Below are positions 37,003 to 46,000 of a stretch of 64,000 nt of DNA, piece after piece. The DNA lies in the IMG/VR virus record IMGVR_UViG_3300008255_000099, positions 32,001 through 96,000 of that record. One strand, written 5' to 3'. This DNA is from a virus. The notes beneath the pieces are model-generated. The model saw only the letters and a program-made list of their open reading frames with translations. It did not search any database and was not told where the DNA came from. Every line of letters begins with the position of its first letter. The stretch's first letter is position 1. The position numbers and the translations under genes are program-made.

Positions 37003-37923
37003 TTATTCTTTATCTAATTCTTTATTTTCTGTGCCATCATCTATAAACTGTTGAATGTTATCAATAATTTCATTTGCCGAATTATTATTCTCAATATTTT
37101 TTGCTAAATCTTTTATTTGTGATAATAGTAAAAATGTTTTTTTATTAATCTTATTTTTAGTTTTAACATGTTTATTTTCTTTTATATCAAATTTATATTC
37201 CATACCCTCTGGTGCAATTAAATTAGGTGATAAAATTTTATAATCTTCTGATGGTATAAACAAAAACCAATGATCTAATGATTGTCTATATTTTTTTTCA
37301 AATGTAACACCAAATTTATCAGAAAAAAATTCACACATTAATGTATGTTCTTCTTCTGTAAAGCAATAAGTAGATATTCTACATCCTTGCCCATGCCTAC
37401 CACCATCATCTGATATTGCCATAGAAAGACCTAAATAATCAATCTTATTTAACCAATATTCAGTAACAACTTTTTTAGTAGAAGATTCATATATTTCATC
37501 ATAAATATTTTTCCAAATTTTATGATATGGAGTATATAATTCCGTTCGTAAACTATCGCCAGATTGCGTGTCATATAGTTTGGGATTCCATCTTTTTAAT
37601 AAATTTGCTTTAAATTCTAATAATGGTCTCTGAACTCTTGTGTGACATTCTCTATAATTATATTCAGTCCCCTTTTGAAGATTTATAGTTCCATCACCTA
37701 ATAAAGAACCATAAACAACTTGTTCTTCTTCATAATTTAATTCGGTTGGTAAATTAAATCTATAAACACTCTTCCTATCTCTTGATGGAAAATCTAAAGT
37801 TTGTAATTTACTTTTAAGAGATATCTTACTTCTACCAAGTTCGGTAGCTATATCTTCTAATGGCATACAATCATCCCACATTTCTCTAAATTTTTTCAAT
37901 TCTTCCTTTGTCCATTCAGCCAT
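37003..37923 (-). CDS. Free-standing LAGLIDADG homing endonuclease with N-terminal HTH
   Basis: YGSLLGDG and LSMAISDDG motifs; N-terminal WTKEE..IATELGRS. Confidence 0.8.
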   Translation of the reverse strand: MAEWTKEELKKFREMWDDCMPLEDIATELGRSKISLKSKLQTLDFPSRDRKSVYRFNLPTELNYEEEQVVYGSLLGDGTINLQKGTEYNYRECHTRVQRPLLEFKANLLKRWNPKLYDTQSGDSLRTELYTPYHKIWKNIYDEIYESSTKKVVTEYWLNKIDYLGLSMAISDDGGRHGQGCRISTYCFTEEEHTLMCEFFSDKFGVTFEKKYRQSLDHWFLFIPSEDYKILSPNLIAPEGMEYKFDIKENKHVKTKNKINKKTFLLLSQIKDLAKNIENNNSANEIIDNIQQFIDDGTENKELDKE

Positions 37924-38076
37924 AATAATTCACTTTCAAGGACCACTGTCGTGTCCTATTTGGATTATACCTCAATCCTCGGAAAACACCGTAGTCATAA
38001 TTATATTTTTTTTGTTCTATGAGGGGATTGGTATGGCTGTTATTAATGATTACCCAAAAGGTAGTTCGTGGTAACA

Positions 38077-38110
38077 AAGAAATCCCCCGGAAGCTTCCGG
38101 GGGATTTCTT
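38077..38110. terminator. Perfect 34-bp palindrome after the capsid gene
   Basis: aagaaatcccccggaag/cttccgggggatttctt. Confidence 0.75.
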
Positions 38111-38150
38111 ATTCTTTTCAGTCATTGCTTGTTATAAATGATAACATCTT

Positions 38151-39005
38151 CTATCCAATTACTATTTTAGCTGTTGCATAATCATTTATCACGGCAATTC
38201 CAAGCTCCTCGTAAATTACCCATCCTAGTCTTAATGCTTTTGGATCATCTGCTGGAAGAACGGTAATGTCCTGTCTTACCGGCATTGCTCCAACGAATTC
38301 ACCTGGGGCTAAAACATAGATTGAGTTTTTTGGAACCATTGTTGAAACGTGAATGTCTGCGGTCCATAAGTGTCCGTAAAGACCTGACATTAAAACATCT
38401 CTCTGAGTTGCCTCATCGAAAAAGTCTTTCCCCCATGCTCTCACGTCCTTATATCTAAATGGATGGCAAACAATTTTTGCACCGACAAGCTCGTGCTCTT
38501 CGATAAGAGCTAATGCGAGATTTATGTTGTCGGGTGAAAGGTTCCCCGAAACGGTTACTGTATGATCTGTTGATACAGCGACAGAGATTGCTTTGAAAAC
38601 TTCGAGGTCTTCTTGGCGTTGGATGCTGTCTTTTGCTCTCACTTGGGCACGATCTACGATGTAGTATCGTCTTGCTCTGATTTCATTCAACTTGATAGTT
38701 GGATTGCAGGCAATTTCAAAAGTGGGAACTAACAGTTCCTCTGCTTCTACCATCATATCAGGCACAGAACCACGTTTTGGAATAACGTAAGAAGTGACTG
38801 CGATATCTCTTTCATATCTTGGCAAAGCGCCTTGCGGCAGTTCGTCAACCATCAAAAGCTTGCGCCCGATGGCCTGATACTCAAGAGAAATCTTGATTGG
38901 TTCAACCATTGCTTGCGCCAGGGCAACACGGCCTTCGCCGGTTTCCAAAGCTTGTGCAATGATCTCTTCCTTTTGCTCATTGATATTTCTCTTGACAAGA
39001 CTCAT
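38151..39005 (-). CDS. Major capsid protein (HK97 fold)
   Basis: 284 aa; GGAGG RBS; last gene of protease-scaffold-decoration series; VDELPQGALPRYERD, QEDLEVF, YEELGIAV. Confidence 0.85.
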   Translation of the reverse strand: MSLVKRNINEQKEEIIAQALETGEGRVALAQAMVEPIKISLEYQAIGRKLLMVDELPQGALPRYERDIAVTSYVIPKRGSVPDMMVEAEELLVPTFEIACNPTIKLNEIRARRYYIVDRAQVRAKDSIQRQEDLEVFKAISVAVSTDHTVTVSGNLSPDNINLALALIEEHELVGAKIVCHPFRYKDVRAWGKDFFDEATQRDVLMSGLYGHLWTADIHVSTMVPKNSIYVLAPGEFVGAMPVRQDITVLPADDPKALRLGWVIYEELGIAVINDYATAKIVIG

Positions 39006-39048
39006 TTTATTTTCCTCCTAATTCTTTAATTCTTTTTAAGCCTTATTT

Positions 39049-39711
39049 TTAAAGTAATGTAACTTCCAGAAGTCCGTTTGTGACACTTGGTCCGATTATT
39101 TTTGCTACTTCGTAGCCATAACCAGCAGCACCACCGGCGTATTGGACTGTATTAGCTTTTGCAATTTTGATAAATTGTCCAACATTAGCGGTAATACCGA
39201 ATGCCAAACTATCATTAACTGCGAAAGTTGGTGCAGCGCCACCGTCAGTTGTGGCTGCGTCAACGCTTGCATCTGATACATATTGATCAGTTAAGAAGCG
39301 TCCACCGTGTCTGTAAACTGCGATTCCTCTTCGTGCTGTTGATCTATTATTGCTATCAACGTCGGTCCAGTTGGTTGTGTTAGTAATTCTCTCGTCGATG
39401 TAATCATTAAGTCTTCTTGCTGGTCGAGCCTCTGGGGTTGGGCCAGTATAAAGGGTTGGATCGTCACCGTCGCCAGAACTATGTGAATAGTTTCCTGGTG
39501 AAACTGGATCGATTATAGCCATAGTATTTCCAGATGTTGAGGTGTCGTCGCCTGCCATCCCCCAGAATTCGTGACTTGAATCTGAGCGATCTGCTGCAAC
39601 TGCTTGCGCTTTGCCGCTTGTCTGGATTAGAGCAACAGCCATTCCGGCTAGGATGCTGTTATCAGCATCGAAGTTATCGAATAAAACATGTTGTTTAACA
39701 TGGATAGCCAT
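39049..39711 (-). CDS. Probable head decoration/cement protein
   Basis: Small Ala/Gly-rich beta protein directly upstream of the MCP gene. Confidence 0.55.
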   Translation of the reverse strand: MAIHVKQHVLFDNFDADNSILAGMAVALIQTSGKAQAVAADRSDSSHEFWGMAGDDTSTSGNTMAIIDPVSPGNYSHSSGDGDDPTLYTGPTPEARPARRLNDYIDERITNTTNWTDVDSNNRSTARRGIAVYRHGGRFLTDQYVSDASVDAATTDGGAAPTFAVNDSLAFGITANVGQFIKIAKANTVQYAGGAAGYGYEVAKIIGPSVTNGLLEVTLL

Positions 39712-39737
39712 TGTAATTCCTCCTTAATTTTTCGCTT

Positions 39738-41828
39738 TTAGCGAATTTTTTTCCTTCCGTATTCATCAAAGTCGTCTTCTTTTAAGACGCTGAATACGTT
39801 CTTTAACATTTCTGTTGTGTTAACAGGTTTTGGGTCTGTTTTAATATCATACATTTGAGTTAAGCCTTCGCTTCCAGAGGTCTTTTGCATAGATCTTGAA
39901 ACGGATGCTTCCGCAATCCTTTTCTTTTGTTGATCGTTTGCGAACAAGACTGCTGTTTCCTCAAAGTTCTTTATTGCGTGAACTGTCATATCACCTTGCA
40001 TAAATTTGGCAACTTGGTCTTTAATTTCAGCGGCTTTAATTAAACCAGCGTCAGCCATAGAGCTTGCTGCGTCATAAGCTGCTGCAACCCTTGCCATTTT
40101 TGTTTTTTCTTCTCGCAGTGCGTTTGATAGTTTTTCGATAGCGGCTTCTTTATTTTCGAATTGTCCTTTGTCGAGTTCCATATCACGGGCATTTTGTTTT
40201 TTAGGTGCCTTCCCTACTTTACCTTGTGTCCTGAAACCACCGTCGCCATTTGGATCTTCTCCACGTTCATCTTTGCAAAGTTCGTTGCCGTAATCGGCCA
40301 TTGATGCTTCTTTTGCTGGTTTATTTTTGGCTAATGCTTCTCTTGCGATTCGCTTGGCTTCTTCGTCAATTGCTGCACAGGCTGGACAATAGCCTTCATC
40401 CTGAGCTTTTGTGCTTAAAACTACAAGAGTATTACATTCGTCGCATTGAACTGCTTGAACAGGATCGTTATTTCCTTCAATTGCATCACACTCATTGAGT
40501 GCAATCTTTTTAAGTATATTCTCTTTTTTATAGTTTTCAGCAAAAACTTTTTTACCATATTCTTTCTTAATTAAATCCTCTCTCTTTTGTTCAAGGAAAA
40601 TATTTAATTTTTCTGCTGTTAGGGTTTTCTTTGTACCTTGGTTTTTTGCAACGATACCTTTTCTTTGCTTGGTTATTTTATCAAGCTGAGTTGGTACATC
40701 AAACTCTAGAAAATCTTCTCCACCTTCAGTTGGAATTCTTTGATCAGCACTTTCAATATCTTGTTTTAATAGATCTCCATATTGACCTTCAAACCCCATT
40801 GTCCCACGAGCATTTCTATTTAATAGAAATTCTTCATTTTCTGTTGGAACATCAAAGAAATCAAACTCTGGGTCTGACTTTAATGAATTTCCACCGTCAT
40901 TTTGAAGATTTACAGTTTTACCATCTTCTCCAGGTCCAGCGACCATAAGTCCATCTTCCATTGTAAACGGTTTTGTTGAAGCGGTTCCTCGTCCATCTCC
41001 AGAATGGGCAGTATCCTCACCGAAACCACGACTAACAGGATCTTCATTATTATTATTTGCGAGTTTTTGAAGGATTTCTCTTCTTTTAGCTTTTCTTCGA
41101 GCTAAAAATCTCTCTTTTTCAACATCCATATCTTCTGGCATGTCTTTTTTACCTCCTCCTAATAATTCATCATCTAAACCTCCGTTTAATTCCCCTAATG
41201 GTTCATCTTCTTCAAGTGAAAGGTCATCAAGTTCAGATCCTGGTGCAACAGGGCCTAAATCTTCATCACCCATTTCTTCACCGAATTTTTCATCGAATGA
41301 TGAATCAGATGGTCCTTCAAGGATTAATCGGAGTATTTCTTCTTCGCCCGAGTCTTCTTTGATTGAGATTTGCAATTCTTCGCCTTCTCTAAGATCGATT
41401 GACTTCTCTCCAGGCGTTTCGTTTTCGAACTCGTCAGCAAATTCGTTGGATTCTGGCTCTATCTCAAAATCACCTTCAGCATCGTCTTCAACATCCTCAG
41501 TCCATTCCTCAACGGTATCACTGAATCTGCCTTTTTCTTTGCCTTCTGATTCTTCTGAGTCGTCACCATCATCATCTGGTTCATGATCGACTTCATTAGC
41601 GTCCTCTTCATATTCAGCATCTTCACCGGCAAGAATTTTTTTTCTTAATTCTTTTTGCCATTTTGATTCAAGAGCGCTTGCAACTAACTTTTTGGTATTA
41701 TCATCATAATCCATAGCTTCCAAAAGTTCCTCTGCTTGCTTTCTGCTTTCATCTCTTGTAGCTTCTGCAAGGTCGAGTTTTGCTGCAACTCTTTTATCCT
41801 TGATGCTGTTCTTCCTAGAATCAGCCAT
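39738..41828 (-). CDS. Probable capsid scaffolding protein
   Basis: Very acidic, coiled-coil-like; position between protease and MCP. Confidence 0.5.
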   Translation of the reverse strand: MADSRKNSIKDKRVAAKLDLAEATRDESRKQAEELLEAMDYDDNTKKLVASALESKWQKELRKKILAGEDAEYEEDANEVDHEPDDDGDDSEESEGKEKGRFSDTVEEWTEDVEDDAEGDFEIEPESNEFADEFENETPGEKSIDLREGEELQISIKEDSGEEEILRLILEGPSDSSFDEKFGEEMGDEDLGPVAPGSELDDLSLEEDEPLGELNGGLDDELLGGGKKDMPEDMDVEKERFLARRKAKRREILQKLANNNNEDPVSRGFGEDTAHSGDGRGTASTKPFTMEDGLMVAGPGEDGKTVNLQNDGGNSLKSDPEFDFFDVPTENEEFLLNRNARGTMGFEGQYGDLLKQDIESADQRIPTEGGEDFLEFDVPTQLDKITKQRKGIVAKNQGTKKTLTAEKLNIFLEQKREDLIKKEYGKKVFAENYKKENILKKIALNECDAIEGNNDPVQAVQCDECNTLVVLSTKAQDEGYCPACAAIDEEAKRIAREALAKNKPAKEASMADYGNELCKDERGEDPNGDGGFRTQGKVGKAPKKQNARDMELDKGQFENKEAAIEKLSNALREEKTKMARVAAAYDAASSMADAGLIKAAEIKDQVAKFMQGDMTVHAIKNFEETAVLFANDQQKKRIAEASVSRSMQKTSGSEGLTQMYDIKTDPKPVNTTEMLKNVFSVLKEDDFDEYGRKKIR

Positions 41829-41924
41829 TTTATTCCTCCTTAATTCCGAAGATATTCTAATACCTTCGAGTTATTAATTTGTAATTCTCATTATTGATAA
41901 GAATCCAAAATTCCTTTTTTACGA

Positions 41925-43022
41925 TTAAAAAATATTATCTTCTATGTCTTCAGCTTGTTCTGAACCACAATTTCTACATCTAAACCATTGTTTTGAGCCT
42001 AATTTTCCAAGTTCTTGTAATTCTCCACCACATTCATGACATTGTTTTAGATCTTCTTCAAATTCATCTTCTTGATCATCTTTATCTAAAAGATGTTTTA
42101 ATAAACCTTCAAGATCTGAAGATTCATCATCTTCATCATCAGAAAAAATTTGAGATAATTTAATTGTTTTAAATTTGCTTAATTTATTTGAAGATAATTT
42201 GTTGCCACCCAACATATCTTTGTTATTATTAAATCTATCTTTGTGGTTTTTAATTGGCAAATCATTATTAAATTTAGGTTCTAGAATTGGTGAATCATTA
42301 TTAAAATAATCAGCTTCTAAATCAGGGCCAAGGTTTGCATCATCTTCTAAATCAGGGCCAAGATTTGCATCAGCTTCTAAATCAGGGCCAAGATTTGCAT
42401 CAGCTTCTAAATCAGGGCCAAGATTTGCATCAGATTCTAAATCAGGGCCAAGATTTGCATCAGATTCTAAATCACCTTCTAAACCATCGCCCAAACCCTC
42501 TGCTGCTAATTCTTCTCTTAAAATATCAAAAAATTCTTTATTTTGATCCATTGGTGAAAACAAATCACCCAGATCACCCGAATCTTCTAAATCTTCTGAA
42601 ATCTCTGGATCATCAGCATATTCTAATCCCCCCTCATCTAAATAATCTTCTGAAGCACCAAGATCACCTAGATCATCAATATCTTTTGGTCTATCAGGGA
42701 TTTCTGGGTCGTCGGCGTATTCTAATCTCCCTTCATCTAAATAATCTTCTGGAAGCCCATCATTCCCAAATTGAGAAATTTTTGTAAATTTTGTTTTAGA
42801 ATAACTTTTAATTATTTTTTCTGCATTTTTTTCTATTTCTTTTTCTTTAATTTCAAGAATAGCTTGAAGTTTTTTCTTTCTTTTGTCAAGATTAGCTAAA
42901 ACATATGGAGTTTTAATTTTCCATTTTAGATTTTCTATATCTTCCATTTCTTCAAGAATATCTTGTTTTGTTTTTGGTTCTTTTGAAGATAATCCCATAA
43001 TTAAATGTTGTATATCTGACAT
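41925..43022 (-). CDS. Acidic repeat protein with C-terminal zinc ribbon
   Basis: About five 30-bp repeats (DLExDANLGP) at 42315-42473; CHECGG...CRNCG. Confidence 0.7.
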   Translation of the reverse strand: MSDIQHLIMGLSSKEPKTKQDILEEMEDIENLKWKIKTPYVLANLDKRKKKLQAILEIKEKEIEKNAEKIIKSYSKTKFTKISQFGNDGLPEDYLDEGRLEYADDPEIPDRPKDIDDLGDLGASEDYLDEGGLEYADDPEISEDLEDSGDLGDLFSPMDQNKEFFDILREELAAEGLGDGLEGDLESDANLGPDLESDANLGPDLEADANLGPDLEADANLGPDLEDDANLGPDLEADYFNNDSPILEPKFNNDLPIKNHKDRFNNNKDMLGGNKLSSNKLSKFKTIKLSQIFSDDEDDESSDLEGLLKHLLDKDDQEDEFEEDLKQCHECGGELQELGKLGSKQWFRCRNCGSEQAEDIEDNIF

Positions 43023-43035
43023 AATTTTCTCCTAA

Positions 43036-43073
43036 TATTTATGGCTGGGTGAATATTCACCCAGCCATAAATA
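43036..43073. terminator. Perfect 38-bp palindrome
   Basis: tatttatggctgggtgaat/attcacccagccataaata. Confidence 0.7.
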
Positions 43074-43075
43074 AT

Positions 43076-46000
43076 TTAATATAGAGCTATAATTTCACTG
43101 ATTACCTTACCGTCTTCAGCCTTAGTTTTAGCTACTGCAACATTAAAGCAAGAATTGCAATAGATTTTAGTTTTATCTTTTCCTGCAACTCTTCTTAATT
43201 TATGTCTTTCTCCACAATATGGGCAAACATGACCAACACTCATTGGTTTCCCTGGTTGGGTTTTTTCACCATAATTCATTGCTGTCTTGATAAAATCGTC
43301 AGGGTTTGTGACCCATGAGATTTTAACAGCAAGTGGATTCTCACCAGCTAAAACAGTTCGTCTTTCACTCTTAGCTAATCCTGGTAATGGTGCCCCGCCT
43401 GGGCCTCCGGCCCCTGGTAAACCACCGCCCATGCCACCGGCTGCTGCTCCTGGGGCTTGTGCGCCCATCTCTGCGCCTCCCGGCTCGGCTCCTGGGTTAA
43501 GTTCTTCTCCTAGCCCAAGGCCCTCTTCTGGGACTTCCTCTTCTGACATTGAATTTCCGCCAGATTCGAAGTTCTCTGGATTTATGATTTTAATATCGAA
43601 TGTATATTCAAATTCTGTTGAACATGAATTACATTGTCCATGACCTTCTGCTAAATCAACATCTGTTGATCCACAAGCAGGACAAATAGAGCCGGGTGGA
43701 GCAATTTCTCCTGGTGTGGGCAAAGATTCCTCTGGGGAAACTTGACCTTCTTCTCCCACTGGTTCACCGCCGCCACCACCTGTTATTGCTGATAAGCCAT
43801 CTCCACCTAATGCGCCTGCTGCCGGATCTGCGCCCGGACCAGCCGCCATCGGATCTCCTCCCATTGGTGCGGCACCTTGCATTGCTCCTGGCATTGCTTG
43901 TGCTGCTTTTAATAAATCTCTTCTAGAAGAGCTTCTCTTTTTTAACATTCCGTCAGAAAAGATATCAATTTTATTATCTGCAACTACACCAAGCGCAACG
44001 CCTTCTTCTGGTGCTGGATCACTTTGTAAAGTTCTTGTTATGCTACTTTTTATAACTCCACAAACATCACCATTTTCTGAGATGTTTAATTCTGTAAATG
44101 TCAGGCTATCTGGATCTGAAAGTTCATAGCCTCTATTGGCAAAAAGTTGAATAACGTATGGTTTAACTTTACTTTCTAATTCAGAATCATCTTTTCTACA
44201 ACCACATTCATTTAGATTAAAAGAAACTCTAAATTCTCTATCTGATCTATCTGTGATTGTGGCTGCGTTTTTAATAAAATTAATTTTTGCTTTTGTAGCA
44301 TCAGAAATTAATTTCTTTGATGTCGCTGGATACGCTGATAAGCATTCAACAGCCTTTGCGATTGTTGGACTTGAAATATCATTTTGATTAGCAACATCAG
44401 CGATATTTCCCACAAGATTCTCTATGACAGATTGTTTATCTGTTATTTCAGCGAGTTTTATATTCCAGAAAGAAGCTCTTTCTTTTATTGCAACACGCTT
44501 ATTTGTCGCATCTTCTGTCCTTGCAGATTCAATTTCTCTTGAGAGGTCTTCTGTTTTCAAAGAAGCAACAACTTCAAGAATGTCTTGGGCTGTGCTTTCG
44601 GTATCAAAAACAGTATCAGCAAGAGCAACAACACTATGCTTTAAGTGCTCACTACTAAGTTTTTCTTCTTTACCAGGATCAAGAGAGCCAACAAATGCTT
44701 TTTTAATATCATCTGTTCTATTACCCCTTTGAAGAATAGTATCTTTTGAGATATTGTTATCAACTATTAATTCTTTTGCTAATTTTTCAATAGTTTTTAC
44801 ATATTTATCTTTATCAATTGATGCAATTAACTTTATACCTTCTGAAAGATCTATTGGCATAACTTCTTCTGAAGCTACATCAGCTAAAGATCCAACAATA
44901 TAATCTTCTAAAGCTTTATCTGAAACAGAGGCAATCTTTTGGCCGATGGATCGGTTAAATGATTGTCTTTCTCTCCAATCTCGTCTTGCTTTTTTGAGAT
45001 TTGGAGTTGTATTCTCTGAAATCTTTTCATTTAAATCTTCAGTTGAAGATAATTTAATTGCAGATTCTATTATTTCCATTGGGCTTACAGCAGCATCCAC
45101 AATAGCTTTCGCAATTGCATTATTTAATGATGCTACAACTTCTTTTGCGGTTGATGAACCTGATCTTTTTGCTTCAAGTCTTTGCTCGTGAACAGTGTTG
45201 TCTGTGCCTCTCCTTGAATCTTCGAGTTTATGCTCTTGGACATCAACTTCAAATCCTTGTCTACCCAATTCACCTTTTGGGTTATATTTTTCAAGTCTTT
45301 GTTCGTGAACTGTATTGTCCACACCCGTTCTAGAATCTTCAAGTCTTTGTTCGTGGACTGTATTATCGACTTCTTTTCTAGCTTCTCCGACATAATTCTC
45401 TTCTGGATATACTGGATTACCTAATCTACCAGTGGGATATTCTTCGGTTTCATCTTGAAATCTAACTTCTGTTTGTCTTTTAGGGACTTCTGCTTCTCTT
45501 TTAGCAGTTTTTATTGTTCCTTCTTTTTCAGCCATTTTTAATTGACCTAGTAATTCGCCAGTAACAGAAGATATTTCACCCTCAGCAAGTCTTTCGAGTT
45601 GTTCGTCGCTAATGGATGGAGTCCATTCAATTTCTGAACCCTTGAAATACCCTTTTATTTCTCCACGAGAAGAGATAGCAACTTTGAAAGAGCCTTGCTC
45701 TTTCTCATACTTATCTACGATCTGATCAGTGTACTGATCTTTAATGATCTGAGATAGTTTTACGAAATTATCCATATCTTTCTTCTCCTTGTCTGAATAT
45801 TTATTTTTCATTTTCTTAAATATTTCAAAACCACCTATTTTAGTTTTATCCATATTTTTAGATGCTGACATTTGTAATCCAACATCACCAGCAGGAGCAT
45901 ATTCTTGTATTTGTGGTTGTGGTGGTGGTTGTTGACCATTTGTCATTCCTGCTTGATCAGGACTTTGTGTTAACCCGATTGGAATATTAGTTCCAAATGC

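Noticed and set aside
37916-38125. 69-aa ORF between MCP and the endonuclease
   Set aside because: It spans the terminator palindrome and lacks a convincing RBS
37003-38150. Group I intron housing the LAGLIDADG gene
   Set aside because: The MCP ORF is complete, a terminator intervenes and no P7/R/S elements were found
40250-45424. Plus-strand ORFs antisense to head genes (for example 41140-41586, 43287-43643)
   Set aside because: Shadow ORFs of strongly biased minus-strand coding; no RBS or motifs
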